The notes: generated from the letters alone by a model not told the origin. A stretch of 64,000 bases of DNA from an uncultured Chloroflexia bacterium (GCA_963797095.1 CAWCNY010000006.1:704001-768000); one strand, 5' to 3'. Positions 1-9,978 are shown, counted from the first letter of the stretch. Numbers and translations are program-made.

Positions 1-1
1 G

Positions 2-451
2 CTGGACACCTGGCCCGTCGAGAGCCTGCAACTCGGCTACAGGGCCAGCAGGTTCAAAGCCCACGGGCACCGCGAACTATCCGCAGGCGAGGTGATTCTG
101 AGCGCCTGTTTACGGCTCTATCGCGACGCGGAGAGAGGTTGCGACGCTCGCCTGCGCGCATTCTTAAAAGAACGGCAGGAGAAGCAGCCCCAGGGCAAAA
201 GCGCAGGCTCGACGTTCAAGAACCCTCCCAACTACTCGGCGGGCTGGCTGATCGAGCAGGTGGGGCTGAAAGGGCACAGGCACGGGCAGGCCCAGTTCTC
301 GCCCAAGCACGCCAACTTCATGATGAACCTGGGCGGCGCTACCGCCGAAGATGTGCTCTATTTGATACGCCTTGCCCAGAAAGAGGTCTTTGCACGTTTC
401 GGCGTTACCTTGGAGCCTGAGATCGAGCTAGTAGGCGACATTGAGCTATAA
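2..451 (+). CDS. murB: UDP-N-acetylenolpyruvoylglucosamine reductase, 5'-truncated by the window edge
   Basis: Frame open from base 2 (LQLGYRASRFK); SAGSTFKNP, HANF and LEPE motifs; lies upstream of ddl-ftsQ. Confidence 0.93.
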   Translation: MDTWPVESLQLGYRASRFKAHGHRELSAGEVILSACLRLYRDAERGCDARLRAFLKERQEKQPQGKSAGSTFKNPPNYSAGWLIEQVGLKGHRHGQAQFSPKHANFMMNLGGATAEDVLYLIRLAQKEVFARFGVTLEPEIELVGDIEL

Positions 452-500
452 TATGAGCTTAGGCGCGAGGCAACCAAACTCTAAGAATGGGAGCAATTCT

Positions 501-845
501 ATGGAAGGACCGTTACAAATGCCCAAAATTGTGGAAAAACCCTGGGGTCGCGAGATATGGTATGCTCATACCGACCATTACGCGGGCAAAGTGCTTGAGG
601 TGCTGGCAGGCAAGCGGCTCAGCCTCCAGATGCACGAGATCAAAGAGGAGACCCTCTATCTCCTCTCAGGCAAAGTGATCCTCACCTATGGCGACCGCAC
701 CTACGATTGGGAGGCCGGGCAGCTAGTCTATATACCGACGGGTACCATACACCGCTTCGAGGCGATAGAGGACTCAGTGCTGCTTGAAGTCTCAACCCCT
801 TATCTGGAAGACGTGGTACGCATAGAGGACGATTACGGGCGATAG
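501..845 (+). CDS. Cupin domain protein (mannose-6-phosphate isomerase-like)
   Basis: VEKPWGRE, SLQMH..KEE, IP.G..HRF and EVST motifs; GGGAG RBS before ATG 501. Confidence 0.8.
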   Translation: MEGPLQMPKIVEKPWGREIWYAHTDHYAGKVLEVLAGKRLSLQMHEIKEETLYLLSGKVILTYGDRTYDWEAGQLVYIPTGTIHRFEAIEDSVLLEVSTPYLEDVVRIEDDYGR

Positions 846-894
846 CCCTGATCGTCAATCGGTAGTCGGAATCGGTTGACCGTCATAAGGAACT

Positions 895-2067
895 GTGTTG
901 GCACGTAAGATACGAGTTGGTGTGCTTTTCGGGGGCCAGTCCAGCGAACACGAAGTTTCGCTGGCTTCGGCGCGTAGCGTCCTACGCGCAATGGACCCGG
1001 AAAAGTACGACATTGTTCCCATCGGCATTACCAAGCGCGGCGTGTGGCTCACCACGGGCGACCCGCTGGCCCAACTGCGGGCGGGCACGTCAGGCGAATT
1101 GCCTAGCCCTCCATCAGGCTCATCCCTAATAGCGCCCGATCCTCAAGGCGAAGGGCGTGCCGAGATAGTCGAGATCGTGCCAGGCAAAAACGGCATGACC
1201 GAAATGACCGCTCGCGTTGGCGAACGCCTGGATGTGATCTTCCCTGTGTTGCATGGCCCATACGGTGAAGACGGCACCGTTCAAGGCGCGCTTGCCCTGG
1301 CCGGCATACCATACATCGGCTCCGAGGTGCTCGGTTCTGCCGTTGGGATGGACAAGATCACCATGAAGAGCCTATTCCGAGATCATGGTCTGCCGGTGCC
1401 ACCCTACACATCTACCAGCCGTGCTGAGTGGGAGCGCGACCCTCACGATGTGCAGGAGCGGGCTGAACGTCTGCTTCACTACCCGATGTTCGCCAAGCCA
1501 TCCAACATGGGATCGAGCGTTGGCGTGAGCAAGATACACACACCTGAGGAGTTCGCCGACGCCGTGACGCTGGCTGCCCGCTACGACAGGCGCGTTCTGA
1601 TCGAGCAGGGCCTGGATGCCCGTGAATGCGAGTGCGCCGTGCTCGGCAACGACGCCCCGCAAGCCTCTGTAGTTGGCGAGGTCGTCCCCGGCAATGAGTT
1701 CTACGACTACCGGGCCAAGTATGTAGACGACAACTCCGACCTGATCATCCCGGCCAGAATACCAGACCACCTTGCCGAAGAAATCAGGCGCTTGTCCGTG
1801 CGGGCATTTACCGCTCTCGACTGTGCGGGTATGGCCCGCGTCGACTTCTTTGTGGAGCGTGACCTTTCGCAGGTGTGGATCAACGAGTTGAACACCATTC
1901 CAGGGTTCACGCGCATCTCGATGTATCCTAAGCTGTGGGAAGCATCAGGCATAAGCTACTCCGAGCTTATAGATCGTCTTATCGAACTGGCTTTCGAGCG
2001 CCACCAGGATCGTCATGTGAGCAAGAAAGCCCTGGATGATTTAGGTACCGATCTGGGCAACGTATAA
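895..2067 (+). CDS. ddl: D-alanine--D-alanine ligase
   Basis: FGGQSSEHEVS, LHGPYGEDG, GSSVG, FYDYRAKY and NELNTIPG motifs; GTG start. Confidence 0.96.
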   Translation: MLARKIRVGVLFGGQSSEHEVSLASARSVLRAMDPEKYDIVPIGITKRGVWLTTGDPLAQLRAGTSGELPSPPSGSSLIAPDPQGEGRAEIVEIVPGKNGMTEMTARVGERLDVIFPVLHGPYGEDGTVQGALALAGIPYIGSEVLGSAVGMDKITMKSLFRDHGLPVPPYTSTSRAEWERDPHDVQERAERLLHYPMFAKPSNMGSSVGVSKIHTPEEFADAVTLAARYDRRVLIEQGLDARECECAVLGNDAPQASVVGEVVPGNEFYDYRAKYVDDNSDLIIPARIPDHLAEEIRRLSVRAFTALDCAGMARVDFFVERDLSQVWINELNTIPGFTRISMYPKLWEASGISYSELIDRLIELAFERHQDRHVSKKALDDLGTDLGNV

Positions 2068-2075
2068 GGGGCAAT

Positions 2076-2951
2076 ATGGGTCGCCGAAGCAATACAAGTG
2101 ACCATCTCCAAATGGTTCCTCGCGTCCAGGCGCACGTGCTGGGGGCCGAGGGGCACCCTGCCATGCTCGGTGAAAGTGGCGGCAAGCGGCGCGAAGGTGC
2201 CGAGAAGCAGGGTTGGCGGTTATTCAGTGAGGACGTGCGGCGTGGCCGCTTCTTCGCGTTGGTGGGCCTTGTTCTCATATTCGCTGCGGGTGTTTCGTTT
2301 GCCACCTCGCCCGAATACATGGTGGACTCGGTGACGGTCGAGGGGAGCACCGTATTGAGCCTGGAACAGGCCAACGCCATCGCTGGCGTGCAGGGAGCCA
2401 ATATTTTCACGGTAGATGCCGAGGCGGTGCGCGAGCGCCTGGCCGAGAAAGCTGCACTCCTGAAGGGCGTGTCGGTCGAGACTCGCCTGCCCAATAGCGT
2501 CATCATCCACGTGCAAGAGCGCAAACCCGCGACCGTGTGGGTGATCGGCGATGGTACTCCGTTGCTGGCAAGCGACGACCACGTTGTGGTCGGCTATGCC
2601 TCTACCCTCAACGGCTTTGTCACCATATTCGACAGAGGTCCAATGACCGACACATTGGAGATAGGCAAGCCGCTGCCGGTGCACAAAGCCGATGCCGCCG
2701 ACACAGCCCAGCAAATCTACCTGACTCTCCCTGAAGCCACAGGTCTACAGTTGCGCCAACTCGAATGGGACCCGGCAGACGGTGTATCGGCCATTACGGT
2801 CACCGGTGAGCGGATTGAGTTCGGCACAGGCGATCAGCTAGAGCAAAAAATCAAGATCGTGCAGGCCGTAGTGAAACAATCGGCAACCAGTTGGCAGCCC
2901 TGGACCGTCCTTGATGTGCGCTCGGTGGACAGGCCAAGCATCAAGCGATAG
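2076..2951 (+). CDS. ftsQ: Cell division protein FtsQ/DivIB
   Basis: Single TM segment, POTRA-like region (V.V.G...LPNSV.I.VQER.P) and C-terminal LDVR; position after ddl. Confidence 0.85.
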   Translation: MGRRSNTSDHLQMVPRVQAHVLGAEGHPAMLGESGGKRREGAEKQGWRLFSEDVRRGRFFALVGLVLIFAAGVSFATSPEYMVDSVTVEGSTVLSLEQANAIAGVQGANIFTVDAEAVRERLAEKAALLKGVSVETRLPNSVIIHVQERKPATVWVIGDGTPLLASDDHVVVGYASTLNGFVTIFDRGPMTDTLEIGKPLPVHKADAADTAQQIYLTLPEATGLQLRQLEWDPADGVSAITVTGERIEFGTGDQLEQKIKIVQAVVKQSATSWQPWTVLDVRSVDRPSIKR

Positions 2952-2963
2952 CAGCACTGCAAG

Positions 2964-2998
2964 CACAAAACCGGCGCTACTTTGGCGCCGGTTTTGTG
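2964..2998. terminator. Bidirectional intrinsic terminator
   Basis: CACAAAACCGGCGC-7 nt-GCGCCGGTTTTGTG, a 14-bp perfect stem between convergent genes. Confidence 0.8.
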
Positions 2999-3064
2999 GT
3001 ATTCTATTCTATTGTTTGGCTGTTAGCCGATGTGCAGGCTGATGGCCTTTCCGGCCTCTCATAT

Positions 3065-4006
3065 TTATCTGTGTGTACCTGTACCTGGCGTCTCCGTTTT
3101 CAGGGCGAACTCGTACTTTGCGGCGCTGCCTGCGTCGACAGCTATTCCTTTGGTCATTGAGCTATAGCCTTGCGCGCTCACCGTGACCTCATACTGGCCT
3201 GGGGCAACCATGAAGCTCACACTCCCTTGCTTGTCAGTCGTCGCATGGGCGACGATATGGCCATCATGGGAGGCTACGACTACGTTAGCATTGACGATAG
3301 GTTTGCCGACCATCGCGTCGACCACGTTGATAACGAGCTTGTTGAGCGAAGGAGCGGGCGGCGTCATTGGCGTGAGGAGTGCATCATGTTGGGTTTCCTG
3401 TCCGGCCTTCACATCCAGGCCCACCTTCTGGCTGACATACTTATCCTTCTCTATGACCACGATGTAGTTGTTTGCGGGCACTTTGGCGACGAAAGATCCC
3501 TGGCCGTTAGTTTTTCCGGCAGCAACCTCATAATTCTTATTGTCCCTTACACTCACATGTGCACCTGCTAACCCCGTTTTCGTAACTGCATCCATCGTAT
3601 GCACGGATATCTTGCCGAGCATGCTCGTCTGCCACAGGACCGCATCCTGGGTGGTGTTGTTGCCTGATGTGACCGCGATATTGCCACTCCAGCCTTCGTA
3701 ACCCTTTGCCATAGCAGTTAGAGAATAGTTACCTGGGTCTAGCGTGAACCGTACTTCGCCCGTAGTGTAATCGGTTTTACCCACCGCCACGACGCCGGAT
3801 GCTCTGTAGACTACGACCGTGGCTCCGCCTACGGGCAATATACTGGGGTAGCTGTGCGCGCTTATGGTGGCCACTCCCAGACCGGGAATAGGGTCGCTAG
3901 AGGCAAGGCTGGCAGTTGGGAATGACATAGCGACAAGGGCCACGATAGCTGCGAATACGCTCCAGAAGCGTGCAGTTCGGGGCAGAACGTCAAATTTACG
4001 AAACAT
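3065..4006 (-). CDS. Secreted protein with three carboxypeptidase-regulatory-like (Ig/PEGA-like) domains
   Basis: Signal peptide; three repeats of V.D..T...I.GA.V.V...G.T...G...PG.Y.V...A.GY; GGAGG RBS. Confidence 0.8.
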   Translation of the reverse strand: MFRKFDVLPRTARFWSVFAAIVALVAMSFPTASLASSDPIPGLGVATISAHSYPSILPVGGATVVVYRASGVVAVGKTDYTTGEVRFTLDPGNYSLTAMAKGYEGWSGNIAVTSGNNTTQDAVLWQTSMLGKISVHTMDAVTKTGLAGAHVSVRDNKNYEVAAGKTNGQGSFVAKVPANNYIVVIEKDKYVSQKVGLDVKAGQETQHDALLTPMTPPAPSLNKLVINVVDAMVGKPIVNANVVVASHDGHIVAHATTDKQGSVSFMVAPGQYEVTVSAQGYSSMTKGIAVDAGSAAKYEFALKTETPGTGTHR

Positions 4007-4286
4007 CTGAAACCTCCAATTGACTGTGTTTGTCTTCTTGTGTTTGATTCGCTGACTGGTTTTGCTTCAGCAATTCGTTACTGTTCTACGCTGAAAATGA
4101 ACCGCATATTCAGCTGGTCTGCTAGTAGTTTAGCATCAAATATTGGTCTGTGGTGGGTTAATGCGGAATGAGCGAAAAGTACCAGGGTAGAGTCTGATGC
4201 TTTCGCTGTAGCCTTAGTTTCCTGGATTAGCCAGATCAGGTTACGTCTCACACCGGAGGTACTATGTCGCCTGCACTGGGCAAATA

Positions 4287-4318
4287 ACAAGGCCTGCGGA
4301 GTTCTCCGCAGGCCTTGT
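4287..4318 (-). terminator. Hairpin terminator between the two paralogues
   Basis: ACAAGGCCTGCGGA-GTTC-TCCGCAGGCCTTGT perfect stem. Confidence 0.7.
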
Positions 4319-4381
4319 GGCCTTGATATTACGCGATTTTCGGCTTTGTATCCCAGCCGACCTAAGCCTTTGATCTACTGC

Positions 4382-5356
4382 TCATCGGGTATCCGGCAGA
4401 TTATCGGGCAAAGGAATCGTGCATTCAGTGGTATTGCCTGCTATTATGACGACCTCAGTTGACATCGTCATATAGTTGGGGGCACTCGCTGTAACGACAT
4501 ACCTGCCTTCAATAAGGTCAAAGCTTATGGTCCCTACCTTGTTAGTCGTACCCTGAGCGACGATCTTTCCAGTCGATTCAGCTACCGTTACGTTGGCTCC
4601 TGGGATGGGATCTTTACTAATAGTATCAACGACATGGACATCAAGCATGCCTATCCCCGGCATAAGAATCGCATCGTAGTGGATATCCTTACCGACTATC
4701 ACATCAAGCATCGTCTTTTGTGCGACATACTTGTCGAGTTCCATGACGAATGTATAAGTATTCGCGGGTAGCTTGACATAATAGTAGCCCTTGATGTTAG
4801 TAGTGCCAACCGCCATCCGAAAACCGCCACGATCATAGATTGTTACCTGCACACCTTTCAGGAGTGCCTTAGTAACGCCGTCCATAGCGGTGATGGATAC
4901 TGCACCGGTCTGATCAGTTCGCCACATGACCGCATCCGTGGCGGTCTTGGTGCCTCCTCTGATCTCCACCTGGGAAGCCCAGTTTTCAAACTCGTCGGCA
5001 ACGACTGTGACAATATAGATTCCGGGACTCAACTTCAATTCAGCATTACCTGATTGGTTGGTGCTACCCTTGGCGATCAGCGTGCCTGACAGGTCGCGAA
5101 CTATGACCCCGGCCCCGGGAATGCCCAGCCAGAGTGGGTAGCTATAGGCGTTCAATTCCAGAACACCCTGTTTACCCTCATTTGGGGCGGATGCGCCTTG
5201 AAAGACCTCACCCGGACCTGGCGTACCCATATCCTTAGATGGGTTGATTGCTGCACGGCTTCCGGCCGGGAAAGTCATAGTAGCAAGTGCTACAATAACC
5301 ATGGCCATACCGGAGAGCTTTGCTGCTCTTTTTATGGATCGGAAAAGAGTGACCAT
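4382..5356 (-). CDS. Secreted protein with three carboxypeptidase-regulatory-like domains (paralogue of 3065-4006)
   Basis: AAGGAGG RBS before ATG 5356; signal peptide; shared blocks SYP, DAV.W.T and DKYV.QK. Confidence 0.8.
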   Translation of the reverse strand: MVTLFRSIKRAAKLSGMAMVIVALATMTFPAGSRAAINPSKDMGTPGPGEVFQGASAPNEGKQGVLELNAYSYPLWLGIPGAGVIVRDLSGTLIAKGSTNQSGNAELKLSPGIYIVTVVADEFENWASQVEIRGGTKTATDAVMWRTDQTGAVSITAMDGVTKALLKGVQVTIYDRGGFRMAVGTTNIKGYYYVKLPANTYTFVMELDKYVAQKTMLDVIVGKDIHYDAILMPGIGMLDVHVVDTISKDPIPGANVTVAESTGKIVAQGTTNKVGTISFDLIEGRYVVTASAPNYMTMSTEVVIIAGNTTECTIPLPDNLPDTR

Positions 5357-5711
5357 CTTGAACCTCCTTTTCCAGAGTTGACTGCATTCGTTCGAAATCG
5401 TGGCTGGGAGAGCAAGGCCACACATACAAATAGCCCAACCGCATTGTCTGGCCGGTCAGGAGAGGTCCTTCATGACACATTAAGAATATCCTTACTTGGT
5501 TACAGCATTGGTGGAAGGAGGTGAATGACAGGTGTCAGGTTGCAGATGGCTAGCTCAGATAAAGAGAGGTGGTCGGGCAACATCTCTTCGTCTGATATCA
5601 ATCTGCAATCCCCTCCACTACAGAGGGCGAAAATATGTTCCAGATGTCTTGCCTTACCAAATGCCTTGTTATGGGGACAAACGGAAGATATAACAGATGC
5701 AACTGGAAGAC

Positions 5712-5744
5712 TTATCCACAAATAGTGCAAAAGAGGTTTATAAT
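5712..5744 (+). promoter_or_regulatory. DnaA box and -10 element upstream of ftsA
   Basis: TTATCCACA at 5712-5720; TATAAT at 5739-5744. Confidence 0.55.
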
Positions 5745-5862
5745 ATGCGGAAGCGGAGTAGAATGATCTCCCTAGCTCGACCCAGGAGGTACTGGGAGCC
5801 GATAGGGAGGCATGCTATAAACTGGCCGCAATGCATGACCCTTATCCATACCTGGCAAACCT

Positions 5863-7272
5863 ATGCCCACTAACGACAGGATCATTGTCGGCATTGACGT
5901 CGGCACCCATAAGATATGCACAATCGTGGCGGAAGCCGAGCCTGGCCCCAATATGCTCAATGTACTTGGTGTGGGCGCGGTGGCCTCGGAGGGTGTCACT
6001 AAAGGACTCATTACCGACATAGTCAAGGCAAGTGGGGCTATAGCGCATTCACTGGAAGCAGCCGAAAGGCAGTCCGGTTGCCGTATTCTGTCAGCCTACG
6101 TCTCAATATCAGGGCATCATATCTCATCGTTTAACAGCCGAGGACTGGTATCCGTTTCTCACCCCGATCACGTGATCGGCGCTGACGACCTGGAGAGAGC
6201 AGTAGAGGCTGCAAAAGCGGTAGCTATGCCTGCTGGGCGCGAGTTGTTACACGTTATCCCACGCACTTATACGATAGATGGGCAGGAGGGCATACGGAAT
6301 CCGGTTGGGCTTTCGGGTTGGCGGCTGGACGTGGAGACGCACCTTGTTACCGGCGCTAGCAATGTGCGCGAGAACCTGATCAGGTGCGTGCAGCAGGCCG
6401 ACGTGGAGGTGGACGACGCGGTGTTGTCACCTCTGGCTGGGGCCGAGGCCACGCTAACAGAGCAGGAGAAGAATCTGGGCGTGATGTACATCGATGTGGG
6501 TCATGGTACGACCGACATTGCGATCTATGTCGAAGGCTCAGTATGGCACACCAAAATCATTCCCATAGGTGGATGGCACCTGTCGAATGACCTGTCCATC
6601 GTGTTCAACATACCCTACGAGGCTGCCGAGGCGCTCAAGTTGCAGTACGGACGAGCGGTGGTGCCTGGCAGCAAACCGCACACAACCACTCTGCCGCAAA
6701 CCGTTAATGGCAAGTCTCATCCGGCGGGCGTGGGGGCAGCCTATGCAGCCGGTGATAGCTATGCCAATGGCAAACGTGAGCGGCTGGACGGCGAGATGAT
6801 AGCCATCGGCACTGGTGTTGAAGATGCAATGCTGGAGACCATAGGCTTCAACGACGAGCCAAAGCAGATCGGCAGAGGTGAGTTGAATGAAGTAATGGCG
6901 GCCAGGTTTGATCAGCTCTTCGGTATGATAGCAGATGAGATCAGGCGGAGCGGATATGAAGGTCTACTCCCTGGCGGCGTGGTGCTGGCTGGTGGTGTAT
7001 CCACCATACCTGGAATAGAGCAGTTCGCACGCACCAAGCTGAAAATGCCGGTACGCACAGGGCGACCCAGGAAGATAGGTGGCCTTGCCGAGGCGTTCGA
7101 CAGCCCGGCTTATGCGACGAGCGTTGGTCTTGTGCTGTGGGGTTTGCGACAGATCTCTCACCCACAACCGGGTTTGCGGCTCACCATGGGTAGCATGGGG
7201 CGTACGCGAAATGAGGGTGAGCCGGATAACATATTGGCTAAATGGCTAAAAAGGTTCTTACCGGGAGGTTAA
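5863..7272 (+). CDS. ftsA: Cell division protein FtsA
   Basis: GIDVGTHKIC, IDVGHGTTD, GVVLAGG and YATSVGL motifs; C-terminal amphipathic WLKRFLP. Confidence 0.96.
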   Translation: MPTNDRIIVGIDVGTHKICTIVAEAEPGPNMLNVLGVGAVASEGVTKGLITDIVKASGAIAHSLEAAERQSGCRILSAYVSISGHHISSFNSRGLVSVSHPDHVIGADDLERAVEAAKAVAMPAGRELLHVIPRTYTIDGQEGIRNPVGLSGWRLDVETHLVTGASNVRENLIRCVQQADVEVDDAVLSPLAGAEATLTEQEKNLGVMYIDVGHGTTDIAIYVEGSVWHTKIIPIGGWHLSNDLSIVFNIPYEAAEALKLQYGRAVVPGSKPHTTTLPQTVNGKSHPAGVGAAYAAGDSYANGKRERLDGEMIAIGTGVEDAMLETIGFNDEPKQIGRGELNEVMAARFDQLFGMIADEIRRSGYEGLLPGGVVLAGGVSTIPGIEQFARTKLKMPVRTGRPRKIGGLAEAFDSPAYATSVGLVLWGLRQISHPQPGLRLTMGSMGRTRNEGEPDNILAKWLKRFLPGG

Positions 7273-7507
7273 GAACGTGATCGCGAGCATGGCCGCCAAA
7301 TTTTAACAATTTTAACAATTCGGCGGCCGTAGAGGTTGAAATGATTGGCGCTGATATTGTATTATCAGTCGTCGGCTCTATCGCATTCTTGCGATAGGGT
7401 CTTGAATTAGCTCAACTGTCGGTTCTCAGCACCGATATAGCGGCAGCCAGATCACTTTCCACACACCATCATATCGTGGCACTATCGGGGTAAGGAGGAG
7501 AATCGAG

Positions 7508-8881
7508 ATGTTTCCACCTAACGGGGGCAATACAAACCGCCCCGTGCCAATGTTCGGCCATGGCCGGGACAAAGACAAAGAACTTCCATCGGAGAACTTC
7601 GCTCAAATCAAGGTTATCGGCGTTGGTGGTGGTGGCTCCAACGCGGTCAACAGGATGATACAGGCGGGCGTGAAAGGTGTTGACTTCATATCTGTCAATA
7701 CCGACGCCCAGGCCCTGCTCAAGTCGGATGCCCCCACCCGCATCCGGATCGGTGACAAGCTTACCAAGGGCCTCGGTTCAGGCGGAAACCCTGAGACCGG
7801 CAGACGCGCCGCGGATGAGAGCAGCGAGGAGCTGTTCGAGGTCCTCAAAGGCGCGGATATGGTCTTTATCACGGCTGGTATGGGTGGCGGCACCGGTACC
7901 GGTGCCGCCCCCGTGGTCGCGCAGATATCGCATGAGATCGGGGCGCTTACCGTGGGCGTGGTAACCAAGCCCTTCATGTTTGAAGGTGCTCGTCGGCGGC
8001 AGGCTGCCGACGAAGGAATCGCGGCGCTCAGAGAGCAGGTAGACACTCTTATTACGATCCCTAACGACCGTCTCCTCCAGATAGCCGAGAAGAAGACCAC
8101 TATGCAGGAAGCGTTCCGCATCGCGGACGATGTTCTGCGCCAGGGTATCCAGGGCATTTCAGACCTGATCATCGAACCTGGATTGATCAACCTCGACTTC
8201 GCTGACGTGAAAAGTATCATGCAGGTGGCCGGCTCTGCGCTGATGGCAATAGGGCGTGGCACCGGCGATACACGCTGCGTGGATGCAGCCCGGCAAGCCA
8301 TCGAGTCGCCTCTGCTGGAGATCAGTATCGAGGGTGCCAAAGGTGTGCTGTTCAACATCACAGGTGGCCCTGACCTGGGCATCCTGGAGGTGAACGAGGC
8401 AGCCACGCTGATCAAAGAGCATGCGGACCCCGATGCCAACATCATCTTCGGCGCTGTGATAGATCCCGAAATGGGCAACGATGTGAAGATCACTTTGATC
8501 GCTACCGGGTTCGATTCGCTGCGGCGTAGCATCGAGATGCGTGGCGAGCACACATATGTGCGACGCGATACTGGAGCGTACTCTCCAAACTATGGCTCGC
8601 AGCCACCCAATCCATCACAGCAGCAGACCCAGGGCCATCCACATGGCCAGGGGCAACCTCAAGGATATACTAATGGGCAGGTGCGCATGCCTGCCGACTA
8701 TAGTAATGGCAACGGGAGCCAGCCTCCTGCCCGCACTCCAGACCACATCACCCCCGCACCAATGACGGTCCGCCCCATGCCTCAGAAATCTTCTCCTTAT
8801 TCCACACCCCAGGTTTCTGTCAACAGCCCCGACGATCTCGATATTCCTCCATTCCTGCGGGATAAGCACCAGAACCGGTAA
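7508..8881 (+). CDS. ftsZ: Cell division protein FtsZ
   Basis: [17 protein letters not shown] and INLDFADV motifs; C-terminal LDIPPFLR; AAGGAGG RBS. Confidence 0.98.
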   Translation: MFPPNGGNTNRPVPMFGHGRDKDKELPSENFAQIKVIGVGGGGSNAVNRMIQAGVKGVDFISVNTDAQALLKSDAPTRIRIGDKLTKGLGSGGNPETGRRAADESSEELFEVLKGADMVFITAGMGGGTGTGAAPVVAQISHEIGALTVGVVTKPFMFEGARRRQAADEGIAALREQVDTLITIPNDRLLQIAEKKTTMQEAFRIADDVLRQGIQGISDLIIEPGLINLDFADVKSIMQVAGSALMAIGRGTGDTRCVDAARQAIESPLLEISIEGAKGVLFNITGGPDLGILEVNEAATLIKEHADPDANIIFGAVIDPEMGNDVKITLIATGFDSLRRSIEMRGEHTYVRRDTGAYSPNYGSQPPNPSQQQTQGHPHGQGQPQGYTNGQVRMPADYSNGNGSQPPARTPDHITPAPMTVRPMPQKSSPYSTPQVSVNSPDDLDIPPFLRDKHQNR

Positions 8882-8900
8882 GTATAGATGGGACGAAAGT

Positions 8901-8931
8901 GAAGGACGAAGGTTACCCGCCTTCGTCCTTC
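8901..8931. terminator. Hairpin between convergent ftsZ and CGNR genes
   Basis: GAAGGACGAAGG-7 nt-CCTTCGTCCTTC, built from the AAGGACG heptamer. Confidence 0.65.
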
Positions 8932-8935
8932 GTGT

Positions 8936-9583
8936 TTATGCCTCTGTCAGTTTGCCTTGCACCTTTCGGCGATAGTAGCGGCGGGCCTTGGCAGTGTTGC
9001 CACAGTCTTTCATGTCGCACCAGCGGCGGCTGTGGTTCTTGCTCGTGTCTATGAACATCCAGCCGCAGGTATCGCCCGCGCATTCGTGTACCCTGGCAAG
9101 CTTATTCGATATCAGGAGATCGGCGGCTGACCTGGCGATAGGCCAGAGAATACGCTCCAGGTTGCCTTCAGCGCTCTCCCAGCCCCATTGATAGCCATCT
9201 TGCGTGTGTTCGACGCGAGCGTGACACATGGCTTCGGCTATGTGGCTGTTGAGCAGATCGAAACTGTGGGTTTCGGGTGGCAAGCCCTCTGATGCCGCCA
9301 GGAAGGTGCGCTGGATCGACTCGCGCAGCTCTTTTGCCCTCCGGAAGGCTGATTCGGTCTCCTGGGGCCGGTCCTCGGCCACCTTATCGAGCGCCTGTTG
9401 TTCTTCACGAGTTATTACACCCGCCTGGCGTGCCCAACTGAGAATATCGGCATAAGATTCGAAATAGTCGTAGGTCGGGTTGAGCTTGTCGATGTAGTTG
9501 CCTCTTGTGTTCACAAAATCGAGGCACAACGCCCCGCCGACCAGGTCGTAGGTGCGCTCTCGCTTTTCTTCCATAGTTGCCAT
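8936..9583 (-). CDS. ABATE/CGNR zinc-finger family putative transcription regulator
   Basis: GGALCLDFVNT; C-x4-C-G-W-x-F-x-D-x-SKN-x-SRRWC-x-M-x2-CGN-x-AK; GGAG RBS before ATG 9583. Confidence 0.9.
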   Translation of the reverse strand: MATMEEKRERTYDLVGGALCLDFVNTRGNYIDKLNPTYDYFESYADILSWARQAGVITREEQQALDKVAEDRPQETESAFRRAKELRESIQRTFLAASEGLPPETHSFDLLNSHIAEAMCHARVEHTQDGYQWGWESAEGNLERILWPIARSAADLLISNKLARVHECAGDTCGWMFIDTSKNHSRRWCDMKDCGNTAKARRYYRRKVQGKLTEA

Positions 9584-9606
9584 ATCTGTTGCTCCGAATA
9601 TCAATA

Positions 9607-9696
9607 TAACCTGCAAAAAAGCCTTGACAGGTTAGGAAATCTGTGATATAATCTAACCATCAAAACCATTATAGATGGTTAACTGTGAAAAGTCAA
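9607..9696. promoter_or_regulatory. Overlapping opposed sigma70 promoters with two TAACC-N18-GGTTA palindromes
   Basis: Plus strand TTGACA(9624)-17-TATAAT(9647); minus strand TTGACT(9696)-17-TATAAT(9673); palindromes at 9607-9634 and 9654-9681. Confidence 0.8.
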
Positions 9697-9718
9697 GAGG
9701 TCAGGGCTGCGAACAGAG

Positions 9719-9928
9719 ATGAAAGGAGACATGGTGATGTTTGGCTGGTACGAGGCTGAGGCCGAGCAGAGGCAAAAGGAACGCCTGCACGAAGCCGAGC
9801 AAGAGCGAATGATCCGGACCGCCGGTATAGGGCGTCGCAGCCGTGCGAGGTTGCGGGGCCGAGCGATGGTGTGGGTCGGGAGCAGGCTGGTAGAGTCGGG
9901 TAGGCGTTTGCAATTGGATGATGAATAA
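9719..9928 (+). CDS. Small basic hypothetical protein
   Basis: AAAGGAG RBS favours ATG 9731; R..E.L.EAE..R and VG.RL...G.RL pattern; downstream of a consensus promoter. Confidence 0.65.
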   Translation: MKGDMVMFGWYEAEAEQRQKERLHEAEQERMIRTAGIGRRSRARLRGRAMVWVGSRLVESGRRLQLDDE

Positions 9929-9978
9929 CAGCACGTTGCGGATAACAGGCTAAAGGGCCGAGAGAAGGGAGAGGTGAC

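Noticed and set aside
8540-8830. Long Q/P/G-rich FtsZ linker
   Set aside because: Disordered linkers of variable length are normal for FtsZ.
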